DNA from: Laetmonice hystrix
Lineage: Eukaryota
NCBI GenBank assembly: GCA_965235115.1
Contig: OZ249436.1
Coordinates: 13,270,001 to 13,330,000 of the forward strand
Length of the DNA stretch: 60,000 nt
Direction: 5' to 3'
A program made the position numbers and the translations under genes. Positions 12,401 through 22,500 of this stretch are shown one piece after another; position 1 is the stretch's first letter, and every line of letters starts with the position of its first letter. The notes beneath the pieces were generated by a model, which saw nothing but the letters and a program-made list of their open reading frames with translations, had not been told where the DNA came from and searched no databases.

Positions 12401-12562
12401 GTGACCTAATCTTTCCTATTTCATGATTTCTCCTAGTGACCTAATCTTTCCTATTTCATGATTTCTCCTAGTGACCTAATCTTTCCTATTTCATGATTTC
12501 TCCTAGTGACCTAATCTTTCCTATTTCAGGTGGTTATAGACGACCAGGTGACCGACTTCTAA
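306..12562 (+). CDS. Unrecognised multi-exon gene (5' end probably upstream of the window) encoding an acidic/Pro-rich protein with repeated FDExxFLxG motifs
   Basis: Chain of AG...GT-bounded exons in continuous frame: 306-404, 1484-1627, 1931-2077, 6994-7149, 7831-7959, 9150-9242, 9662-9733, 10869-11036 (all phase 1-1, lengths multiples of 3), 11226-11638 (phase 1-0), then terminal exon 12530-12562 (VVIDDQVTDF*) or 11841-11861 (WMEDIM*). Shared peptide motifs across exons support coding status. Confidence 0.8.
1484..1627 (+). CDS. Upstream gene exon, motif copy 2 (...PEWAKRRQSVGEVDPQYYDEQLYLHGCIPLVSGGTPDLMP)
   Basis: tttgtag| acceptor, g|gtaagt donor, 144 nt, phase 1-1. Confidence 0.8.
1931..2077 (+). 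CDS. Upstream gene exon, motif copy 3 (...KEEEEEEEENAHAFDEDDFLAGRIPVLRGSVDQDTTPR)
   Basis: tcattcacag| acceptor, g|gtaggc donor, 147 nt, phase 1-1; missing from the ORF track because it has no start codon. Confidence 0.8.
2172..3388. repeat. Intronic minisatellite of mixed 45-bp and 43-bp units (about 27 copies)
   Basis: Unit ggacagaggtcttgggtcgagactctgg(gggattg/gatca)tgcag(a/t)aaca repeated head to tail; it generates the many repetitive ORFs in the track. Confidence 0.97.
4105..4267 (+). CDS. Candidate alternative first coding exon of the upstream gene (MSLQTYEKRLK...RSVHYLP)
   Basis: ATG with an in-frame upstream stop at 4069, strong cag|gtaagc donor in phase 1 (compatible with the downstream phase-1 exons), CpG-rich sequence upstream at about 3490-4200. 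Confidence 0.45.
4205..4937. repeat. Tandem repeat, 7 copies of about 103 bp spanning an exon end and 5' splice site
   Basis: Units start at 4205, 4308, 4411, 4514, 4617, 4720, 4841; each contains ccag|gtaag. Confidence 0.95.
5551..6756. mobile_element. Non-autonomous TIR DNA transposon (PIF/Harbinger-like termini)
   Basis: Left ggccctgttccggctagatatgtctgaacggcta...gctagatg is the reverse complement of right ...catctagctgatgtttgcggacatatctcctatcggacataactagccgttcggacgtatctatagccggaacaggccc (imperfect TIR of about 90-120 bp); no transposase ORF; TSD unclear; superfamily is an inference. Confidence 0.7.
6994..7149 (+). CDS. Upstream gene exon, motif copy 4 (...LAPWERDPTQEIYAEEEFDESQFLRGRIPVVRRSADRELSEKE)
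   Basis: gtgtcag| acceptor, g|gtagga donor, 156 nt, phase 1-1. Confidence 0.8.
7831..7959 (+). CDS. Upstream gene exon, motif copy 5 (...RAPWELWRVDSDEEDGFDEHDYLRGQTSVVK)
   Basis: tttttag| acceptor, g|gtagag donor (weaker), 129 nt, phase 1-1. Confidence 0.72.
9150..9242 (+). CDS. Upstream gene exon (ASNQRIPSRAFLRLSRSVSRNHGRPQSPASN)
   Basis: ctaac branch point at about 9124, gtcgtag| acceptor, g|gtgagt donor, 93 nt, phase 1-1; IPSRAFLRL resembles IPSKTFLKL in exon 10869-11036. Confidence 0.65.
9662..9733 (+). CDS. Candidate small exon of the upstream gene (DSAPCETDDTPATPRKSRSRKPKY)
   Basis: ttttttacacag| acceptor, g|gtgatg donor, 72 nt, phase 1-1. Confidence 0.5.
10524..10698. mobile_element. 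Short MITE with hAT-like termini
   Basis: cagtggcgg ... ccgccactg terminal inverted repeats, 175 bp; the putative 8-bp TSD is degenerate (ctagtaac / gcagtgat). Confidence 0.45.
10869..11036 (+). CDS. Upstream gene exon (DRSRSLSPGSAKRRQKQLQ...LTYKGTNIPSKTFLKLMSHVDRPGTE)
   Basis: cttgcag| acceptor, g|gtgaga donor, 168 nt, phase 1-1. Confidence 0.8.
11226..11638 (+). CDS. Upstream gene exon, acidic then Pro/Gln-rich (...KPQPQAKPQPQPQPQLKPRTPPQPPPKPVTK)
   Basis: tgcttag| acceptor, aag|gtatct donor, GC-rich coding-like composition, phase 1-0. Confidence 0.8.
11935..12529. repeat. Tandem repeat, 17 x 35 bp, ending at a 3' splice site
   Basis: Unit gatttc(t/c)cctagtgacctaatctttcctatttcat; the final unit ends ...tttcag and is followed by the terminal exon. 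Confidence 0.97.
12530..12562 (+). CDS. Terminal coding exon of the upstream gene (VVIDDQVTDF*)
   Basis: ctaat branch point, polypyrimidine tract and cag|, phase 0 matching the preceding donor; followed by an AT-rich 3' UTR-like region. Confidence 0.65.
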   Translation: MVIDDQVTDF

Positions 12563-14153
12563 TCCCACTCAACGCTAGTTATCTCCTGCGCTTAATATGA
12601 CAGACACTACAAAATTGTTCTGTTAAGGTTGACAACGCTATGAACTTTAAATACATACCCTAAGTAGGGAATCATTTACGGCGATATCGGAGAGATATAT
12701 CTGGTAACAACAATCGTTACCATAAAAACCTCTCTAGATTGAACATATCTCATTAGAATAATAAGTAGGAAGAAGCACCAATTTGTGACATGACCCTTTG
12801 TCAGAAGTCCTCGACCTTCACACGTCCCCAGAGCCTTGGCCCCAGTGTAGGTAATTCCAAAACCCCGTGTTTGATATTAGACTAGTAATGGCAATTTTGA
12901 AGAAAAAGTCAATTTCAACTCCGATTTCGAAATCTGTCGATTCTTTTTACTGGTGCACAAGATGTTTGCTCTTGTACGTTTCGCCCTGATGGTGAGGAGA
13001 GGACTTTCCTCAAGTTTCTACTTCGGAGCTCAGTATGTGGACGACCGCATTGAAGGGTGTGTGTGTGTCCGTGTTTCTATGGTTACCTCTGTCAGATAAG
13101 ATTTGATCATTGTCCTTTAAAAGTGGGATGCTTCCACCAGGAAACTTCCATTCGTTATAAATGGTGTATATCGTCTGTTAATTCTTTCTATAGAAAATGT
13201 TGGGCTCTACAATGTTCAGGGGGAGATCATGTACGGTTGCCTCGTAGATTACTCCTGACGAACGAACTAACTGCAATGTACCGACTGTTATAGAAGAGCC
13301 ATGTTCAGTTTAATCGGGTTTTGATTTGTCAAAATTCCGTTTGAAGATTTATTTGTGCTGTGTTTGACTCTGGCTGATGGTGACAGGACAATATTCTTCC
13401 CCGTAGAATGACCCAAGGCCAGATTCCCTTTCAGAGTTTTAAGGAATTTTCAGAAGTTGGGATTGCAGCCATCAAAGTTCCCAGCGGCCATAGAGGATAA
13501 TTACAAGGGAAATACGGACTAGAGTTATTGAGCTGGGTGATATTGGTAGGGAGATATTGACGCTGGGGGTAGTGTCGGGGATATTAGCCTCAACCCCTAA
13601 ATGGTATGTACGGTATGGATTGACGATTGCCCACCACATTGTGAACCATTTGCATTTCTGTATTTTGTATATATTCATTGAAGTGATCTGTTTCTATAGA
13701 AGAAATGCTCGTAGGAGTGATCCAATTAAACAGAGGAATCTACTCAGTTGTAAAAGGAAAGATTCTAGCTCATTGGTATTCTGTTACATATTGCTACTGA
13801 AATGTTTCTAACATAATACAGCAATAGGTCGTATAGAACAAAGGATATAACTAGCCAACGTATGGGATCGATACAGATGTAGATGGGAGATTATGGTTGT
13901 CGTAATATAAGCTGAGAGGAAGTCCCATGAAAACGAAGACTTAAACCCCCGAGTCAGGTTATGTTTATAGTGATGTTTAATATTTATGTCCATCATGTAT
14001 TTATCAGTTGTCTCTTTAGTATGGTAACTATTGTTTCGGCTGTTAGGCGGGTTTGGAGCCACATCGTCAACATGTAAAGGACCTATATTATAATGAAGGT
14101 CTCCTGGTAAATCACCAAAGGAACCCCCATGAGAGATATACTTCATGTCTTTA

Positions 14154-14159
14154 AATAAA
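14154..14159 (+). terminator. Candidate polyadenylation signal of the upstream gene
   Basis: AATAAA about 1.6 kb after the stop, followed by T-rich sequence. Confidence 0.35.
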
Positions 14160-15329
14160 GGGCTCGCTTGTTAAAGCCCTACTAATCTTTTGACAATTTT
14201 GAAGTTATAATCGTATTAATTTTTTAATCATAAGCTTCTTTGACGTCCATTGTACATATAATGTAAGCGCGTGCTAGGAATTTTACAGAGCCCTTGTAAT
14301 TTATTGAATGCCAAATACCCCACGCTAGGTATTTTAGTGTAGCTCTTACTGGTAAAGACTAGTCAGTTCTATTTGGTGGAAGGAAAATTAATGAGTGCAT
14401 GGGTTATCCCTAGAAAGGAGGATATCTTAGCCGAGATTCGACATCTTTAGGCGTGTGTGTATTGGTCATGCTTCGATTTGTTTGTTTCCGATCATAGAAG
14501 ACATCGCGAACCACGGTAGTCAAAGATTAGTTTATGTGAATAGACCTCTCTATATCAATTTTATAGTATACTAGTGTCCTCACTTCAGCTCTGGTGTGTT
14601 GATTGGCCTATTACAGAACACGTCAGTGTGCTCACAGAGATAGTTCGGGTCCGCTGTGAAGGAAAGAACGAAAGTCATGCGGTTTGGAATGCACTATGTG
14701 ATATTTAAACTCATGCAGGTAACATCATTATAGAGCGGGGAGGGAACTTATTCTGTGAAGAAAAAGGTCGACGGATATGCAGAAATAAATTGCGCTTGGA
14801 TTTCGGTTCGCCAAATGTAATGTAGTCTGTTGTTATTTATCGACAGCCTTCTAAAATGCACATGAATTCATACAGACATAATGACATACATACACACATT
14901 GCATACGTCAACATATATTTTCCTTCTCTGTCCTATAGTTGTCAATTATGCACATATGTGAAAGTGCAGAACGTCGGGTTAAAAGCTATGCTACAAAGTC
15001 CAATTTCTATATACTACTTAGAAGTCTACGGCACTCAGTTTGCCCATCGATTGCTTCATTCTCAAAGGTAGCAAACAAATATAAGCCTTCAATCGCATCT
15101 ACTATTTAAAATGCAAAACTTTAGGCGTATAGAAAGATTTCAATTAGCGGTGGAAACAGGCAATTTGTTTCTACAACATATATAAGTGACGAAAGTCTCT
15201 AGAAGCTGCGCGATGGCGTACCGTGTTATTGGCAGCACCATACCTGTGATAACTACATTTGCCGACAGGTGGCCACCCGTCCGTGTGGGAGATCTACGGT
15301 ATCGATTTATCATAGGTTGCGTTCGGCTC

Positions 15330-15420
15330 ACCTGTCATGGCAAAAAGGTGGTCACGTGACGCGGCGTTTCGCGCACTCAGTGACGCTTGACGGTGCGCAC
15401 GCTCCAAGACAACATGGAGA
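15330..15420. promoter_or_regulatory. Likely PKD1 proximal promoter with a perfect palindromic GTCACGTGAC E-box/CLEAR-type motif (15351-15360)
   Basis: CpG-rich patch about 700-900 bp upstream of the PKD1 start codons; the motif is seen directly, its function is inferred. Confidence 0.4.
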
Positions 15421-16251
15421 CGCTGTGAGGGAGAGCAGAGGGACCCCCCACGTCGGTAACTGTAGCAGCGGTCGGCTGGCGGGTATGTTGACTGACTCCA
15501 CCTCCACGACATGGCTGCTGCGAGTGCTGGTTGATTTATCATGTCACGAGGACGCACTACCTGCCCAGGTCACATTATCTGACCGGATCGACATTTGATC
15601 AGATAACATTCCGCTCAGGTCAGTAGATCCGACTACTGTAGACTTCGGTCCTTGGATTGTCATCAGCGGTTCGACAGGCGCGATCAGTGCTCTCAGCTGG
15701 GAATATGTTAGAGTGTAACTGTTGAATACGACTGATCAATAAGTCGTATATTATATCGTCACTCAGATTGCCCAGTGTTTACAAGTGACGAGATTCGGAT
15801 AGGAAAGTGCTTCAAGAGAACGGCGTCTCCAAGGATTTATTGTGGAATTACATAGAAAGCAGCTCGGAGAATTAGTTGTTTACGGCAGGCACCTTTGAAT
15901 AATTAACTGCCACGAACGTGGCCGTGGTGGTTCCAATTACACCAATTGATTAGTCACTGTCAATGGACGTTTATGGCGAAGGCTCGATCATTCTCTCTGT
16001 AAAAGTTGTGCCATGCAGGTGTGGAGACGGGTAAGTGGGTACGTGTGGAGAGCGAGACTGCAGACGGCAGCGGTGCCATGGCTGCTGATGCCGTCGTCTA
16101 CCGACACGGGCCGGGACCCGGTCGTCACCACGTGAGGAGCCGGACGGTGGCGGCAGGGACGACCGGTCGTACCTCTCAGGTCCCGACTACACCCCGCCTG
16201 ACGCCTGGGACACCCAGCAGACGATATGAGGGACGTGCTCACCCATGCGGG

Positions 16252-16505
16252 ATGGGAGCCTGGAGTCGGTGGAGTTGGTGGACATGGCTGGTCCTGGTGG
16301 CCACGGTCGTCCCCTGGACCGTGCCCGGGGGAGCGGGTAGTGGGTCGGGGTTGGTGGACGCTCAGTGCCGGGGGCCGCAGTGTCCCACACAGTGTGTCTG
16401 CACCCCGACGGACGCCAATCAATGTATCTTTGACTGTCACGGGCCAAACCTCGACCTGCTGCTGCTCAGACATTCCATCGTAAACCCCAGCAGTGTTCAA
16501 GAACT
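16252..16505 (+). CDS. PKD1: PKD1 exon 1: signal peptide and LRRNT (CPTQCVC...C)
   Basis: MGAWSRWSWWTWLVLVATVVPW hydrophobic leader; ct|gtaagt phase-2 donor; a second in-frame ATG lies at 16078. Confidence 0.85.
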
Positions 16506-19500
16506 GTAAGTGCTCGCCACGTGTGGTTGAATGGTCTTTTATCATTTTAATGCATTGATATTTAGTTTCAGTCAGACTAATATTATCCGAAAACGTCTCT
16601 AAGGGCCGCAAATTGCGATTTTATGAAGGTGTTTCCGTGAATCTATCTATATTACTTATATTTAAAATGGTCGCAGTGAGAATTTGCTTATTCTGTATGA
16701 AAAGCTGCTGAAATAGAACGGTGGAGAAACATTAGCGAAGGTGACGTGAAATCTCAGTTTGTTATTTAAGGTAATATTGAATAATCATGTTATTGTCATT
16801 CTATATATCCCATATAGAAGGCAAACATCCATAATGTCGGTTTGCTAATAATACAATGACCAAATCACTTTCAGGGTCCCGTAACAAAGCAAAGCGTGAT
16901 CGATGATTGGCACATCAATCCTGTCTCTATTAATAGCGCGGCTAAAACTGGAAATATTCCCCTCAAAGACTATCAATATACCAATATTGAATGCCAGCGG
17001 TGAAACTTTTTAAAAAGCTCGACCTTTGGTGGCAGTTTGTAAAGCAGCGAACTTCCGCGATCCGCTACCGCTGTTCACCTCCGTTCCACTTGAGACATTT
17101 TTTTACACGGGGTTATGGTGCAGGTGAAAGTCCGATGCTCTTATAAATGCTCTCACAATGCCTCCACATTTTACACCTGAAAAAGTTTGTTGAACTATCC
17201 TACTTCAGAAAGTTAGTAAAATTATTGTTTAAACTACAGATATTTTATATAGCACGCTGCCAGCCTACTGATCATTGTAAAGAGTTTTATGGCGACACAT
17301 AAATCTATATATCCGCCTACCGATCAGTAAGCGACCTTCTGGAAGGACCTTGGACGTGGAGGTCACATGCGAACCTTGTTATGGTCCCAGTGTTATCACC
17401 TACTGCGTAGTTAGCGACAGAGAAATCATCAACTACCTTTGACGGTGGGCGTCTCTGAAAGGGAGGGGGGCTAGTGTTATGCGACCTATACAACTCGGTC
17501 TCTGCTGTTTACAGAATAACATAACACATGTAGCAGTAAACAGTTTCATATTTATGAACAAAAACGATCTTTCCCCAACTAAATTATTAATTAGCCTTTT
17601 CAAGCTTCAGTGAATTCAATCATACATTACTTTACACAAGAACGGTTCCACAGCAAGTGTTACATTAGGAAAAGTCAGCCAGGAGCTGGAGAAGGAACAG
17701 AGTTTACAAGTCATACGTCTGATATACATAATTACATGTATGTGGAGTAAGCGGTTTGTAAGCTTGTAATCCGATGTGACCACCACACGGCCTGGGCGAT
17801 TAACTGTTCACGGCAATGATAAACCAAGGACTCATTGCGAAACGAGTGGCCCAGTCGATTAACTGTTCACGGCAATGATAAACCAAGGACTCCTTGCGAA
17901 ACGAGTGGCCCAGTCGATTAACTGTTCACGGCAATGATAAACCAAGGACTCATTACGAAACGAGTGGCCCAGTTTGTATTCACATCTACTGGATGATTAA
18001 TTAAAACCCAAACGTGTAGGCTATAAGAGATTAGGCCCCCCTATCTGTGCCGTATGTAGTATATTCGTATAATGGCATTCTGCATGAAAGCAGATTACCA
18101 CGGAACACAACGCGAATTTAGCGCGATAATCCTCAGAATGCCACAGATCCCGGATTAGTTTAATCTCAGTTTTATCCTATTAGTGTACACTCAGCCCATT
18201 GTTGTTATATTTGCCCATATATACGGATCGATATGGATAGACATCTAAAAGACTACAAGTTGAGTGACCTAGATTCATGTCCTTTGGTCCAAATGTATTG
18301 ATTAGTAATTAATGATTTTAATAACATAATTAGGAGGTGCACAGATATTTCGTTTGGCCTAGTTCTTAGAAAAGATTTTATTAAAACCGCAGTACTAAAA
18401 AAAACTTGAAACTCTTGTTTACAAACTTCCACTGGTAGAAAACACAAATTAAGATAACCTCAGATATATCAGTCTCGTCATTATCACGCTCATTATCTTA
18501 CATGATAATTGACTTATTATCATGTATGTACATGTATCATTTATACAGAATATATCTGAGAGAGAAACCTTCTCTTCTCCACCATACTAGCTCCGGACTA
18601 TTTGTAAACGTTATCCATTATAGTCTATCAGGCCAAACCAAACTTAGTTTATTTGGAACATATCAGTATTTTTTAGGTCAACATTATCATGGGGACGCTC
18701 TCTAGACCTGATAATCTTGACAGACCGTTAAGGTGAGGTCATGTACACTAAGCGAGGATCGCCAGATCTAGGTATCTATGTGTGTTGTGTTATCAGGTAT
18801 ATTACAAAAAGCAAGAACTCCCATCAGCGTCCGGCGTTAAGTTATTTTATGAAAGCGACATGGTTGAGGTGTCAGTTGAGGAATTATGGTACATGATGTT
18901 AGAGCATTTACAGGCCCATCGTGTTTGCCACCTATATACTATACGGTGAAAACATGGTCCTATACTTGGTAACATAATGTTTGGTGCCCTTTAGTCAGCA
19001 GTCACCAGGCAATTTATCAGCTCAATTTCCGTGTTTGAATTCGTTCTGTCAACCAGAATTATAGTTTTAGCAGGCTTTATCCGACGACAAAAAGACATAG
19101 GCCTATAGAAGCGTGTTTCCAACACGATTAGCTCTAAATCTTGCGGCTTAGAGCAATATAGAATCTATCAACTCCGAAAAGGGGCGTCGCACAAATAATA
19201 TTGTAAATGTAATAAATGACCTTACGAAATGTAGGCCTATAGGTCTGGGTCATGGCAGAGCCCTGAGATTTAGTATACTACCTTGTTCAAATAAATGTAA
19301 ACCTCCCTTCATTTAACGATTGAAAGAGCTGAATAAATTAAATTCTATTGTTGCAGGTTTCTAACAGGGAATAACATCCACTCAGTGCCAACCGACTCCT
19401 TCCAAGGCCTTGCCAAAATGGAAACATTGTAAGTCCACCCGACATTTCAATGATTTCATATTTCGTACTCTCTCCTCCATTCTATCTCTCCCCCCAACCC

Positions 19501-22500
19501 CGTCCTCCATCTCCTCTCTATATTTTCTCTTTCTATATTAATATTTTACTGCCGATTTAATCGTTATGTGGGTGTTTTCTGTATTTATTTATCAAATTGA
19601 AAACATCATTGCGAAAAATTTTATTTCGTTGATTTTAGTGACTGGTGGTAAAGACATTTTGTGGGACCAGTGAGTGTGCATGCGCAACTAGTGCTGCATT
19701 AAGTCCTCGCTCTACGCCACGGCATTATTTGTCTCAGTATTGGAGTCACTTAACAGTTTGGATTGTTAAACAAATATGCTCAGTCAGATACGTGACAACG
19801 GAGAGTACCATAATGTTTCCATTTGCCCGTTTTTTCCAGCTTGCCACTCGAGTTGCTAAATCGTGTGCGACAGAACTTCCGCAATGGATTTATGAATTAA
19901 TGATGCCCACTTAAAAATTTAGATTTTGACGTTCTCCCTTAGTTTCATGATAAACATACCTAAAATGTCGGTCAATAACAGGTTGTTCACATAGGAAACA
20001 CAGTTCGGAGCCGTCCTGTCTCTCGGTTTTCGATTTACAAGTGTTTAATAGTTAGTGGATATGGTATGTCGGGGAAAAGACTCATGTGTCTCATGCCCTC
20101 ATAGGCTCGAGGTGGAACCGAAAGCTTACTATAGTATTTATGTACTCTAAGTACTCTAAGTACTAGAGTATGAAGCACGAGTGTATGACTAACGAATACG
20201 ATACATTAGCACACTGCTGCAAATCGGCTACAATTGGCCCGTATACAAGTGACATAATTAAAGTAGGATGTAACTTTAGCCGCGTGTGCTAACTTACTGT
20301 TTGGATGTTTTCGTATGTCTTAAAACGGAAAGCGTATTTTTTAGTTTAAGCTGTCGTTTTATGATTTCAGAGACTTGAGGAATAACTCTATTTCTACATT
20401 GCATCCAAATGTCTTTCAACCTCTGACGAACCTGAAAGTCTTGTGAGTATTGAAGTTGACGATTATCAGTCCTTATTTCTTGTTATATTTATTGGTACGT
20501 TGTGTGCTACTTCAATGCTATAGGTCACGGATCCCTTGTATTAAATGGTATTCCAGTCCTGGAAAGTGACCAAGTGTTCTTCATAATATCTCAAACAGTG
20601 TCAGCCTATTATTCTCATAACTACATGTAACGAAAACGGCGAGAACCCATGCAGGCATTAAAATAGTTTAATTTGGAAGAGAGCACTCTTAGAAAGATTT
20701 CTTTTACTTTTAGACGACTTTCGGGGAATGACTTGCACACATTGCCTTCAAATATCTTCGCTGGGCGAAGTTCACTGAACCATTTGTAAGTAAAATAAAC
20801 ATCACAGAACGGATGGTGGATATTATATTAAATATTTAGCCCAGCGCTGTGCGCTCGCCCTGTATTAACATAAGCGTGTCCAGGTCCAAGCATATTTTGT
20901 TTTTCAGCAAGTTATAAGACAAGCATATTTTAGCACATCAATATAACCATGCTTTCTACTGCTCAACTAAAGGTTTCCATACATAACAAGATCGAAAAGT
21001 GACGAATTCCGATTAAATTATCCCTCTGTCTTTACTTACAGATCATTATCGAACAACTCCTTCACACAGCTGGACTTTACTGTTTTCGAACCACTTTCAG
21101 CATTACAACAACTGTAAGTTTAAACTTACGTCTTCTTTTAGAAGAGTACAATTTCGGAAATATGCGGGGTTTTCTATTATAAGATTCCAAACGGTGGCTG
21201 AATTTGGCTGGCCTTTTCTTGTAAACCGTACATCAACAGAGGTCATTTTGAAGTGGACATCACCCGACACAAATTTCAAAAGACTTATTGTAGGTAATAC
21301 AAATAGAACTTGGGATTTGTTTGGAACAGTAATAATAATTCCCCTATGTAACGATACACAGGAGATATAATACGGTATCTCTGACGATGTGAAGGGCCTG
21401 GACATACCGTGCCGTTCACGTTCCCCCCCCCACCCGCCCCACCCGCCCCGTCTAAACACCACAAACAACAAATGAAGATAACTGTGGGACAAGAGACTGT
21501 CTGACATTGCGCTGAGACGTGATACAGTTATAAATAATGTCATATCGGAAGTGACGATCGATGGTAACGGTAGTCAATTGATTCGTAGCCTCAGACCACA
21601 CTGTAGACAGTTTGGCGATACATCAGGCAAGTGCCGCCTACTTGGGACCGTACACTTAGCGAGTCGGTGAAGTGTGAAATGAAGCATTGCACCGCTGTCC
21701 GCTATGACCCTTCATATACAGACGCCTCCTGTGTACCTTTCTATGGATTTTTCAGCTTAGTCCGGTGGCACAGGAGTAGAACCTTGCAATCTCTGGTTAC
21801 AATCGTTTCTTTGCATTTTCCAGTAATTTAGACCATGTAGTTCAAGAATCCGTCGGGTGTAATGATTACCCCCGCTTGGCATTTTCAAAATTCAAGATGG
21901 CGGCCAAAATGGCCGCCAAATCACGTTTTTAGCTATAACTTTTGAACCATTCAACATAGAGTCCTGATTTTGGTGTCTAACATGGGGTTTTCGGTGTCGG
22001 GGAATCCATTTACAATGTGAAAATATAATTTATTGACTCTTATGCATACTAATAGGGCCTACATTCAAGATGGCGGCCAAAATGGCCGCCAAATCACGCT
22101 TTGAGCTATAACTTTTGAACCATACAACATAGAGTCCTGATTCTGGTGTCTAACATGGGGTTTTGGGTGCCGGGGAATCCATTTATGGTGGTAAAATAAT
22201 AATTTGATGACTCCTATGCCTGCTAATGGCGGCCTACATTCAAGATGGCTGCCAAGATGGCGGCCAAATCACGTTTTTAGCTATAACTTTTGAACCATAC
22301 AACATAGAGTCCTGATTCTGATATCTAACATAGGGTTTTGGGTGTCGGGGAATTCATCTATGGTGGTAAAATAATAATTTGATGACTCTTATGCATGCTA
22401 ATGGGGGGGCTACATTCAAGATGGCGGCCAAGATGGCGGCCAAATCACGTTTTGAGCTATACTTTTGAACCATATAACATAGAATCCCGATTTTGGTGTC

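Noticed and set aside
15988..16611. 207-aa minus-strand ORF, and other antisense ORFs over PKD1 exons
   Set aside because: Antisense shadows of GC-rich coding exons with no recognisable domains
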